Source: Nageia nagi (Eukaryota > Plantae > Pinophyta). Taken from it: a DNA stretch of 64,000 bases. Below are positions 12,897-25,004 of this stretch, piece after piece (the stretch's first letter is position 1; each line of letters opens with the position of its first letter). Where the stretch lies: positions 34,720,001 to 34,784,000 of the forward strand of contig JBITNC010000002.1 of the NCBI GenBank assembly GCA_050084985.1, given 5' to 3'. Made by a program: the position numbers and the translations under genes. The notes below the pieces were generated by a model, which worked only from the letters and a program-made list of their open reading frames with translations, was not told the DNA's origin and did no database searches.

Positions 12897-15800
12897 ATGG
12901 CTGAAGAAGGGAGGCTGAAGGTGGAAAGGTTTAATGGGCAAGGCTTTCAGTTTTGGAAAATGCAAATGGAAGACTACCTCTACCAAAAGGATCTCTATCT
13001 ACCTCTAGAAGAGAAGAGTAAGAAACTTACTTCTATGAGTGATGAAGAGTGGAATCTCTTGGATAGAAAGGCTTTGGGTGCTGTAAGACTTTGTTTAAGT
13101 TCTAGTGTAGCTTTCAATATTTCCAATGAAAAGACCACTAAAGGTGTAATGGATAAGCTTGCTAAATTGTATGAAAAACCATCTGCCTCTAACAAAGTAT
13201 ACTTAATGAAAAAATTGTTTAACATGAAGATGAATGAAGGTAGTTCAGTTCAGGACCATGTTAATGAGTTCAATACAATCACAAATCAATTGACTTCAGT
13301 AAGTTTAGAATTTGAAGATGAAGTAAGGGCCTTGTTAATTCTATGTTCACTTCCGGATAGTTGGAATAGCTTTGTTATGGCTGTTAGCAATTCTTCTTCT
13401 AATGCAAAATTGGTCTTTGATGAAGTTGTTGGAACAATTCTTAGTGAGGACATGAGGAGAAAGTCCACGGGAGAATGCTCCAATGCTGCTCTCACAGTAG
13501 AGGCAAGAGGAAGACCAAAGGAAAGAAGAGAGAAGCAAGTCAAGAAGCAAATCACAAAGAAGGTCGAAATCACAAGGTAAAACAAAATTGGAATGTTGGT
13601 ATTGTGGTAAAAAGGGTCACATTAAAAAGGATTGTTGGAATAGAAAAGGTAAAGAATGTGATAGTAGTAGTAATGAAAGCACAAGTAATCAAGAGGTTAA
13701 TATGGTTGGTGAATTAATCCAAGATGCTTTAATCATGTCTAACGAAAAGAACAATGATTATTGGGTTCTTGATTCGGGTGCTTCATATCATGCTACTCCA
13801 CATAAGGACTTCTTTTCTAATTACACACATGGTGATTTTGGTCAAGTGTTATTAGGTAATGAACATCCATGTAAAATTGTTGGTATGGGCAATATAACAA
13901 TGAAATTACCTAATGGAACACAATGGACTCTTAATGAAGCAAGACACATTCCGGATCTTAAAAGGAATCTCATATCAATAAGTAAATTGGATAAGGAGGG
14001 CTATGTGATGACATTCGGGGATGGTAATTGGAAAGTTTCTAAAGGTTCAATGGTATTTGCAAAGGGAAATTTGGTGGGGTCTCTTTATTTACTCACAAAT
14101 GTCTTTGATTATTCATTGAATCTTGTTTCCTTTGGTAATGATACATCACTATGGCATAATAGACTTGGACATATGAGTGAAAAAGGAATGAAAATGTTAC
14201 ACACTAATGGTTCACTTCCAAATCTAAAAGAAATTGATTTAGGATTTTGTGAAGATTGTGTGTATGGTAAACAAAAGAAAGTTAGATTTCTTAAAGTTGG
14301 CAATGAAAGGAAGAGTCACAAATTAGAGCTTGTTCATACAGATGTGTGGGGTCCTGCACAGGTTTTCTCACTTGGGGGCTCATCTTATTTTGTCACTTTT
14401 ATTGATGATTGTACCAGGAAGACATGGGTATACTGTATTAAAAAGAAATCTGATGTGTTTGAAACTTTTAAGAGGTGGAAGGCATTGGTTGAGAATGAAA
14501 CTAATTCTAAGTTAAAATGTCTTAAGTCAGATAATGGTGGAGAATTTTGCAATAATGAGTTTGATTCATTTTGTTCACACAATGGCATTAGAAGGATTAA
14601 GGTGGTTCCTAGAACTCCACAGGAAAATGGGGTTGCAGAGAGAATGAATAGGACTATCTTGGAAAGGGCTAGAAGTATGAGGATACATGCTGGGTTTCCT
14701 TTAAATCTTTGGGCTGATGCTATTGACACTGCTGTTTACTTGATTAACAGGGGTCCATCTATGGCTTTAGATGGAGGCATTCCAGAGGAGATATGGACAG
14801 GTAAAAAGGTGAATTACTCATTCTTGAGAGTCTTTGGTTGTGAGGCTTTTGCACATGTTGATAAGGAGAATAGAAATAAACTTGATGCAAAATCACAAAA
14901 ATGTTATCTTATTGGATATGGTGTTAATGATTTTGGATATAGGTTATGGGATGTTGATAACCATAAAATCATTAGAAGTAGAGATGTTGTATTCAATGAG
15001 AATAACATATATAAAGATAGGTTGCAAAAGGTTGAGGAACCCAAGAGTGTATCTCTAGAAGATGTTGATCAATATAAGGGTCCTGATAATGTTGAAGCAC
15101 CTCCACCACAAACACCTCAAACTTTGCCGCTTAGAAGATCCACAAGGATTAGAAATCCTCCTGAACGATATTCTCCTACTCTTTATCATATTTTGTATAC
15201 TGATGGTGGCGAACCTGAATGTTTTGATGAAGCTATGCAGGGTGGTACACAGATTAAGTGGGAGCATGCTATGAAGGAGGAGATGGACTCTTTACTTAAG
15301 AATCAGACTTGGAGTTTGGTTGAGCTTCCAGAGGGTAAAAGGGCTCTTACTAACAAATGGGTGTACAGGATAAAGAAGGATTGGGCGACAAAGGTACAAG
15401 GCGAGACTTGTGGTAAAAGGTTTCGAACAGAAAAAAGGTATTGATTATGATGAGATCTTTTCTCCAGTTGTTAAAATGACCTCGATTAGAGCAATATTGA
15501 GTCTTGTTGCTACTGAAAATTTGTTTCTTGAACAACTGGATGTAAAGACAGCTTTCCTTCATGGGGATTTGGAGGAGGATATTTATATGCATCAACCCGA
15601 AGGTTTTGAGGTCAAAGGTAAAGAAGGGTATGTATGTAAATTGGAAAAGAGTTTGTATGGCTTAAAACAAGCACCCAGGCAATGGTATCATAAGTTTGAC
15701 ACTTTCATGGTAACAAATGAATTTGTAAGATGTCAATCTGATCATTGTGTGTATATAAAAAGAACAACAAATGGCAACTATGTAATCTTGCTTTTATATG

Positions 15801-16759
15801 TGGATGACATGTTGATAGCAGGACCTAGTATGCAGGATATTGTTGATCTTAAGGAAAAGTTGGCTAAAACTTTTGAAATGAAAGATTTGGGTGAAGCTAA
15901 TCAAATTCTTGGAATAAAAATAACAAGAGATAAACAAAACCACTCACTAAGACTAAGTCAAGAAGACTATATTGAAAAGGTTCTTAAACGGTTCAATATG
16001 AATAATGCAAAATCTGTAACTTTACCATTGGCAAAACATTTTAAACTCACCAAACATTTATGTCCTAAGACAGATAAGGAAAAGGAGTACATGACTAAGG
16101 TTCCTTATGCTTCAGCGGTTGGGAGTTTAATGTATGCAATGGTATGTACTAGACCAGATATAGCACAAGCAGTAGGAGTGGTTAGTAGATTTATGAATAA
16201 TCCAGAAAAAGGGCATTGGGAAGCAGTTAAATGGATCCTTAGGTATTTAAGGGGTACTTCTCATTACTCTTTATGTTTTGGTGGATCTAACTCTTGTTTG
16301 CAAGGATATGTTGATTCTGACATGGCAGGTGATATAGATGGTGGGAGAAGCACTACAGGTTATGTGTTTACCATTGGAGGTACAGCGGTTAGTTGGATTT
16401 CAAAACTCCAACAGGTTGTGGCTCTCTCCACTACTGAGGCAGAGTACGTGGCGATGACAGAGGCGAGTAAAGAATTGATTTGGTTGAAGAGACTGATGGA
16501 GGAACTGGGAAAGGTGCAGGAGGATGCGAAGCTATGGAGCGATAGCCAGAGTGCTATCCATCTTGCAAAGAACTCAGCCTACCATTCGAGAACTAAACAC
16601 ATCAAATTGAGGTACCACTTCATCAGGGCAGCGTTGGAGGATGGTTCAGTCAGTTTGGGGAAGATTCACACGTCACAAAATCCTGCGGACATGTTCACGA
16701 AAGTTGTTACAAAGGAGAAGTTGGGCTCTTGCTCAACTTGGATTGGTCTTAAGGAGTAA
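12897..16759 (+). CDS. Copia gag-pol polyprotein interrupted by two frameshifts (~13530 and ~15381)
   Basis: ORFs 12864-13580 (gag, MAEEGRLKVERFNG..), 13588-15444 (CCHC knuckle CWYCGKKGHIKKDC, protease WVLDSGA, GAG-pre-integrase WHNRLGH..CEDC, rve DVWGP/SDNGGEF/ENGVAER) and 15410-16759 (RT LYVDDML, RNase H DSD..STTEAEY..SDSQSA..ADMFTK). No internal stop codons other than those caused by the frameshifts. Confidence 0.95.
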
Positions 16760-16819
16760 AGGCCAAGATGAGGAGCTTTTGACCCTTGTTGCAGAGGAAG
16801 AAGTCTCCAAGTGGGAGAT

Positions 16820-17454
16820 TGTTAGAAAAATGGAGACTAAGACAGAACCAGCCAAACAGAACCGGCCAGCCAGCCAACCGGCTAAGATGCCAGTAAATCT
16901 GAAGGATAGTTTTGTTTATAAAGCCAACTGGTCTGCAGGGCAGTTTCTTTCTCATTTCAAACCAATTTTCAGTTGCCAAGGAGCCATGACACCTGTTCAG
17001 CAGTTGTAGAAGGGTTGGGGGTTACCTAACGACCTTCCTGATCCAACTTGGGTTTAAGTTGGGTTAGTTTGTACCTATAAATAAGAGGCTTGAGTTGAGG
17101 CATGTATGTAGTTGGAATATGTGTGTATGACTGTAATTTGACAGCATTTGTGAGGTTGATTGTAATTGTTGAGAGAGAGATTGTAGTGAGGCTTTGTTGT
17201 AACTCCAAAGTGAAGGTTGTAGCAAGGTTATGCTGCTGGTGTATTGCTTGGAGGACTTGAATGCAAAAGAGTTGAAAGCTTCTCCATGGATGTAGCCTAC
17301 ACTGGGTGAACCACGTTATCTCTTGTGTCTCTCTTGTGTGATTGATGTTTATGGATGTTTATTTTCAGTAGTATGCTTAATGTTGTTTCTTCTTTGCCAA
17401 AGACAATCTAAATTGTGAATGCTCTTGGTTATATGAACTCTTTAAATCCTAACA
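16820..17454 (+). repeat. Copia 3' LTR
   Basis: Direct repeat of 12183-12817, preceded by the PPT and followed by TSD CTTAT. Confidence 0.98.
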
Positions 17455-17621
17455 CTTATCTACAGCTAGCATGCCTTGGATGTTGTACAACAAAGTCAAT
17501 TTTGTAGATAACATTTTTGTAAAACGCATTAGACATAAGATAGTTATTAGCTTTCTCACAGGGATTTGATTAACTATGGCAATTTCTCTTCAATAACACT
17601 GCATGAATTACATAGCATACA

Positions 17622-17691
17622 TGGACTGGCTAGGACTTGAACCAAGATCCTGCCACATCCCGGTTTGGGTTCTCCACTGAGATACCAATCC
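17622..17691 (-). other. tRNA-like relic (pseudo-tRNA or SINE/LTR head)
   Basis: Minus strand reads GGATTGG-TA-TCTC-AGTG-GAGA-...-CTTGG-TTCAAGT-CCTAG-CCAGTCC-A. It has a 7-bp acceptor stem, a D stem, a T arm, an A-box-like TATCTCAGTGG and a B-box GGTTCAAGTCC. The anticodon arm does not pair well. Confidence 0.65.
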
Positions 17692-18461
17692 TTTTTGTGG
17701 ATTCAAGATTTGATTTAATTCCTTTCTGTTAAGAGAAAGACTCTAATTAATTCTTGGTTTTTACACAAAATTAGTTAATTTTTGGCTTTTCCACAGGGAA
17801 TTAGTTTGCTAGTTTTCTGGATGCAATAGAGTAACTTTCTTACTGCTGTCCAAATTAACTACAATTTATTAAAAGGGAATAAGATCATAGTAAATCATCC
17901 ACTAAATTGATTAGTTATAAGTCTTCACATTGACTTCCTCAGACATAGTTCCAAAGGAAATGCACAACTATTTACTAGATATTTTAACAAGCTTTCACAA
18001 TTTCTTTCCCTCAAGTTTTTGGCTTCTGCATTCAACTTCCTCATATGCCTCACATCTTTCAGAATGTCAACTGGTAACAACAAGAGGACCCCAGCAAGGA
18101 ACATGATCAGCCAACATACTTATTTTATCTTTTTATGTGACATTAATAGATGTTGCTTTTCAAAGGAAGGGACAAAAACATAAAATCTGGTCTAACAGTT
18201 GGCTTAAGATCCCATTAAAAGTGGAAGTACATTAAACAAGGTACCAATTGCCACTAATGATTCAATGGTCTTAACTCAATCTTCAAGAGCTAATAAAAAA
18301 TGCTGGGATCAAGAATTTATTTCTACAAAAATACTTTTCTGACAAAGCACTTAATATCTTGCACAGTAAAATTGGACAATGAGATTTTTACTCATGCCAA
18401 ACCTGCATGTAGGAATAATTTCGCTCTCTACATCACGTGTCCACAAAGACCATTCAAGTTA

Positions 18462-18599
<138 letters not shown>

Positions 18600-19628
18600 T
18601 TATAGAATATACACAGTGATCAAATTTAACTAGCAAATATAACATATGAAACATGTTATTACTCTCAAAAGTTAGATGTTGTATTGCAGGAATAAAAAAC
18701 CCAAACCAAGTAGTTTGATGTTAAATAATCTCATCACACAAACAATTAAAAGCCAAGAGCTTTCAAGGGTATAAAATAAGGAATTCTCAATGAGAAAAAC
18801 TGCACAAATCTTGAAATAGCAGAGCTTAGAATACTGGAAATAAGTTGGAAGTACTTGGAAAACAGCATATTTGTTCATTCTAGTAAAAAAGTATTGATGT
18901 CCACAGGTCAACAAATTATTAGCTGTGACTAAAACAGACACTTTCATATGAATTGATTGGACTCAACAGCTTTCTTATTTTGTATGTTTATTTGCATAAA
19001 CATTGTCCTACATACAGTCTCAGGATACTGCAGAAGCTTCTCCCATTGCATGGAGACCAAGAAGAGGAGACTTTCAACATCTACATGCAAATATGCAGGA
19101 AAAAGTAAGATTGGTAATTGAAACTCAACTCGTTTCCAGGAATGGGGAATATTGGATTTTCAACATCGGTATAACTTATCAATAGCATGTAATAAATATT
19201 CACACAAAGAACTTCAAATAAATAAAAAGATTCCGATAAGCATAATCAATGTTAAGGTTAATTATAAAATATATAAGAAGGCATTTGAAAGTCAACTGTC
19301 AGTGAATTTAAGGCTTTATAAATTCAAATAATTCCCTCAAAATTCATAGAATTATAAATTTCATTTGAAATGCACTCATAATTTGATTGTTTATAATGCA
19401 GTTACACTTTCTAACTACACAAGTTGAGCATGCATAATATCGCAATTGTGACTCTGTTAATTGTGCCAACGCATGTTCAAGTGGCTTGCACTTTTCTTAT
19501 GAAGGGCATATAGAAATCCTGTGAAGTATTAACTGGAGTTACAGTGTGTTGCCAACCAATTCCACACAGGCTTTGTTGATCAATAAGAACTTTCTTTAGT
19601 GGTCAACTGTTATTACTTTTTATGATGT

Positions 19629-20679
19629 TGTAATGTCCTAAAATATTTCCAGCCTTGTAAACATTTCAAATTTATGTTTTGTTGTGTTTGTGGGCCTCTA
19701 AGGGGTGGGTTAGTGTGTTTTGAGAAGTTTTATTGTTAGTATAAGTGTTTAGGGAGTTGGTTATGTATTTAGAATAGTTTTGGGACAAGAAAAAAGGTAT
19801 TAAATAACGTCATTGACTTAGTACACGTTTTTAGCCTGATGGCTGGGATGATAAGGCAGTATTAAATATCTCCAGTATTTGTAACTGCCATTTTGGCAAA
19901 AGGAACTGTTATGAGATCAAAGTATAAGGTATTATTTAATGTTATTGTAACTACCATAGGAGAGGATTTGTAAATGTTATGAGGCAGACTTTTGTAACTG
20001 TCAAGAGGCTTAAATTAATAGCTCCATGACTATTTAAGAGGACGAGTTGGTCCTTTGGAGGGGGTGAATTTGGAGAATTTGGAATTTGGAAGATCTTTGC
20101 TCTTTTGGACTCTTGCATTCTATTGGAGTTTCTTGGGGATCTCATTGGAGATCAATTCAATGGAGGTTTGAAGGATCAGATCCTAAAGCTATCTACCCAA
20201 TTGGATTTGACCAATCCACATCAAGGTTGGTGATTTGGGCTTGATTTGGGAAACATCATTGAAGTTGAAGTGTAGATCAGTCTATTGGAGGGCAAGTTAG
20301 AAGTTTCTGAGCAGAGATCCAGCCTTTGGAGGCTATTGGCCTAAGGGTGTTATTTGCTGAGATAATCGACTAAAGACAACTCTGAGAAATTTGTTTAGCA
20401 GTCATCTAGCTTGGAGACAATAACACAATTGTTTTTCTAGTTCTTGTGAGGTTTGTTTTGAGTTTTGAAGGTGTTACAGTTGTTTGAACAGCTCTTTGAG
20501 GTGTGTTTAGTGATATGTAGTTGGCTTGCTTACATACAATTGTAATGCAATGTCTTTGTTACCTGTAATCTACTGTAGTTGCAAGCTTTCTTTATTGAAA
20601 AGCCAAAATATAAAAGAAATAAGATTTTGCCATGTAGAATTATTATTGTTTTGTGTACATTTGTATTTGCTGTGTTTCA
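19629..20679 (+). mobile_element. Solo LTR (1051 bp, gypsy-type) in AKR intron 2
   Basis: Starts TGTAATGTCC and ends GTTTCA. It is flanked by 5-bp direct repeat GATGT (19624-19628 and 20680-20684), and no PBS or internal region follows. Confidence 0.8.
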
Positions 20680-22841
20680 GATGTAGACTACTGTGCAATA
20701 GACACCCACTCCATGAGATTTCAATTCAGCAAGCTGAGTTAAACTCAAGTTAAGGATCACACAAGTAGTTTTGAGACCAAATTGAACACAACTTAGACCA
20801 GTAAAAGTGAAGATTTTTTAAATTAATATCCACAATATGAAGGCATCCTAAAAATCTTCATTGCTTCACATAATTTTTCATACACAAAGACATGCTATGA
20901 TGCCAGTGAAATTGCCTTTTGAATGGATTGAAGAGTCTCCAGAAGGGCTCATTGTTCACATCAGTTGAAAAGTCCCAGAGTTTGGTATCCACTCTCTCTT
21001 GAGCAATTGCAAATACTATTAGTGAGAAAGGGAAACAGTAAATTAGCAATGTAATTCAAAGTGGCATTTCCTCTCTTGATCATGTGCTATTACATAAACA
21101 TCATACAATATTGTAAAAAGGAAAATAAAAACAATATGAACAAAGTTGACTAGATTTATAGTACAATGCTTGTTAAATGAAAAACTTACAGTTTCTTCTA
21201 TTGGAACTGTAGTATCCACCCGATGCTGGTAATAAAGATCGATATATTCTACATCAAGACGATTCAAACTGTCCTCACAAGCTTTTTGTACAGTCTGATG
21301 AACCTTTAACTTGAATGTCACCATCTATAAAAACGTTGCCAAACTTAGTAGCAAGTTGAACTTTCTCACGAGGCAACCCTTTCAAGGCCTGTTGAGGAGA
21401 AAAAGGAAAGAATAAGTTATACAAACATTCAACAAGCACAGTGTAATATACCAACCAAATTATATAGAAAATTGCACAGAAAACCAGCAAACATAAATCT
21501 GATTTTTACATAGTAAAATCACAGCAGAAAAACACAGAACAGTATTATTGTCCATATCTATCCAAGACGATGGTTGGGACTTATTTTATCAACAAAACAC
21601 CACAAAAACAGCAGATCTGGCCCAAAAGGCTATAGATCTTGACCAGGAATAGCCAAGTAGCGTCCCTACACAACAGAAGAAACAAATAAGTAAACTTTAA
21701 ATTGCTATTCTCAAAGATCACCAAGTAAGTAAGAATAGGGTAAGTACAAGTACACAGAAATTCACGTAGGAAGTACATAAAGGAGTACACAAGATAATAT
21801 GCAAAATTAAGAAGTTCTATTACTGATACATCATTTACATAGAATGATAATATCATCACACAAGATTTTAATATAATACTTACAGATCCAAAAAGCATGG
21901 TAAGATATCAACTTTAAGTAGCTCATTTAGTGGTTGCAAACTTGCAATTACATATGATAGGATGGATAGTGCTTAGTAGAAAGAGAAATATAATTGATAT
22001 CCACAAGTAAAAAGATTAGGTCAATGGGAAAGAAATAAAACACATGGATACAAATCACTGTCTAAAACCAAAGGTGTACTCCCAAATACAAGACAACAAG
22101 ACGAAAAAATAGCTACGCTAAAGCATGATCCAAAATACATTTCTTGCAGTATGTGAGAATCATCAATAGAAATAGCACAAATGTTGTATGACGAGTCTAA
22201 ACAATACTGGTAGGTTGAGTGGTAGAAGACCTGCAGTAAACATCAGTCATCTCAAAAGGGGCAAATTCAAGACCTTATGATGCTTGTGGTAGGGTGGCCA
22301 GGGCTGAGTGGGCCTGACCAGACCAAGGATGGCATGTAGAGCAGCCTCACAGGGCTCTCTTAACATCCAAGGCCAATGAGACTGTAAAGGGGAGTCTATT
22401 GAAATTTGTCTTTCAGAAACAAACCTTAAGTAATAAGCCCCATTGAATGTCTCATAAAAAAGCTTTGAAGACATTTTCTTCACAAATTGCTATCAGGAAG
22501 TTGATGAAAGTGCTGTTTGTATCTTATTAAGATGTTACAATGGGACCAAGGGACTTGCACTACGGAGAATATGACTGTTTTTTAACTCATTCAAGAGGTA
22601 CTGACGAAACACAAAATTAAACAAATAACTAGAGCCTTTTCTTATTGTCAATCTATTTTGTGGATTTAAATGATTGCTCGTTTTACACCCACATAACTGA
22701 TAGAACATGTTTAGTTGAATTTTATGAGTGTTCTGATAATTAATTTCTCGCAGATGTATTTGGTTCAATGTCAAAACCAAACATCCCATCATGTTCGGTA
22801 TCTCCATCAAAGGAGCTGAACTGGAAAAATGCCGTGTATGC

Positions 22842-23140
22842 ATTTTTTTATGAAAAAGTAAATTTATATTAATAAAGTACCTTTACAGTCAAAAAAGGAA
22901 GTGGTGGAAAGATCACACCCTAAATTGTGTCACATTAATCCTAACTGCAAATTTGGACAGCTGACAGAACATAACCGATAAAAACTAACCTTCACATCAC
23001 ACATATGAAAGTCTACGCATAAAAGCATTAAAAGAGACATAACCCTAGAATCTATTCCACCTCGAGAGGCGATCCTGCCATGGACGACGCCTCCACCATA
23101 TGCTTCCACTGGTTGGCCGGAATCGAATGAAGATCCCATC
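22842..23140 (-). mobile_element. Probable LINE 3'-end remnant in AKR intron 1
   Basis: Minus strand ends ...CTTTATTAATATAAATTTACTTTTTCATAAAAAAA after a GC-richer body, resembling L1 3' tails. No TSD was found. Confidence 0.35.
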
Positions 23141-23778
23141 CCTCACCTTTATGCCATCTACGTATTGCTATGCCCACCTTTATGACATGTATGTATTGCT
23201 ATGCCCTGCTGTCATTTACATAGTGCTTTGAGATTGTTATTAGATTTTCGAGTTTTGAGGTGGAACTGTTTAATCTATTTGTGTTTCAAACCTCAAGTGA
23301 GAGATTCCTGATGCTCAAAAGTAGTCTGTGGAGCAGTGTCATTCCTTCAGTGCAATGTCAAAGGCGTGTAGATGGGACTAGTAGCAGTGGATAAGAGAAC
23401 TCAACAAAGATCGGATCAGGTTACAAGAACCCAAATTCAAACTTGACAGATCTCACAGAGTTCAGCCCATGTCATGAACTTGTATTGTCTTCTATTTGGG
23501 ATATAGTTAAGAAGCAAATCTTTGGTTTTTTTTTATCTATTACTGATTGTAGTACATTGTTCAATTTAAGTTTGAAGCATTTTAAATAAACTTTTTAAAA
23601 TTACTTAGTATTTATTCAACTTGCTACATAAGGAAACAACTTATGAACGTACCTTGCCAACCAATACTTCATTTATGAAAGGTCCATAAATGTCTGCAGT
23701 GTCAAAAAATGTTATGCCTTTGCTGAAAGCATGCTGAATTAAAGCAATGCCTACTTCTTCCGCAACAGGTAGACAATG

Positions 23779-23802
23779 AACCTTTACTGCCTCAACAATC
23801 CT
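23779..23802 (-). other. 24-bp exact copy of RPL7a exon 6 3' end/donor at the broken 5' end of the AKR gene
   Basis: AACCTTTACTGCCTCAACAATCCT is identical at 23779-23802 and 30989-31012; the flanks diverge immediately. Confidence 0.9.
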
Positions 23803-25004
23803 ATGTGAAAGGGAAGAGTTTTGAACTTGGAACTTTTTTTTTTCATTTTCTTTCTACTACATTTATTTGGTTTTCTAACTCCCTTCAATTATTTGATATA
23901 ATATTATTTTTGAAATCATAATAGAAGTTTATTAGAAACTTTTAAAGATTTTCATGTTTAATAATTTATATTTTTTTATTAGTTAGATATTTTGTGAAAG
24001 ATTAAACTTGTGAGTTTAAGTATGGATCAAAATATTAATATAATTTAAAATTGATTACATCAAATATAGTAGAATATATCAAAATTAAACTATGGATACA
24101 CAACAAGAAAATGGATACAAAGGATTTAATGGATTCCAACTTCTTTGAGTGCACTATTGCATTGATTTGATCCTTGATATCCTCCACTTGAGATGATGCA
24201 TCCTTGAGTATTTGAGCGAGCATCTAACTCATTCAATTCCTTAGGTGATCAAATCTTCAAAGACCAACTAACTCCTTTGAAGAAGCTCCACATTATGTTC
24301 TACTAAAAGGCAAGCAGATCAAAAAGCAACATAAAAAAATTGCAGTTTGAAGATGCTTTGAGGAGCATAAAGTTTGAATATAGTCATCTCATGGAGGAAG
24401 CAAGACATTGGTATCTTTAAGTAAAGGAGAATTGAAGGAGGGCTTAGTTGATACCTTGTATTATTAGGATGAAGAAGATAAAAATCCCATGGAGAAAGAG
24501 GACTATATGAATAATAAAGGAAAGCTTGGTAAGAAACGAGAAAGTTTTGAGAACCTTAACAGTCATAAAATTGCAAAAAAAGCATATGGTTGTAATTGAA
24601 TATGAGAGTTGTGAGTTGATGATCATGAGTGTACCTAAATAAGGAGAAGCCATTCAATATACCTAGCAAGCAAATAAGATCTTTGAGAATCTCTTGCAGC
24701 CTAGAATCAAATATAAGGTTATTAATTCAGCTATTGTGGAATTATCTTTTGTAGTTATGGAGACAACTGAAGAAGCCATGGAGGTAAAAACAATAGTGTG
24801 AGAATTTATTTCATAAGCTATTGATGGAGCATTTGAAAGATCACCTTGAAGATCAAAAAAAGGGTAGGTGTATTATTGAATGTCCATATAAGAGTTAAAG
24901 GATTAAGTAAATGGATTGTTTGAGGAAGCAAAACTTAAGAGTGATAGGTTACAAACAAATAAGTACGTAGATAAAGAAGACACAAGAGAGGTCGATAAAA
25001 TTTT

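Larger units (their letters stand above)
12183..17454 (+). mobile_element. Full-length young Ty1/copia LTR retrotransposon (Tork/Tnt1-like), 5272 bp, in AKR intron 3
   Basis: 635-bp LTRs with TGTTAG...CTAACA ends and 4 mismatches by my comparison. TSD CTTAT at 12178-12182 and 17455-17459, iMet PBS at 12820-12831, PPT AAGTGGGAGAT at 16809-16819. Domain order gag-PR-INT-RT-RH. Confidence 0.98.

Noticed and set aside
13520-13590. Programmed gag-pol ribosomal frameshift in the copia element
   Set aside because: Plant Tork/Tnt1-type elements encode a single ORF. The break falls inside gag before the zinc knuckle, and a second break lies within RT.
19017-19081. Cryptic 65-nt exon (AG...GTATGT) in AKR intron 2
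   Set aside because: No AKR homology, not a multiple of three, and the splice-like signals are expected by chance without transcript data.
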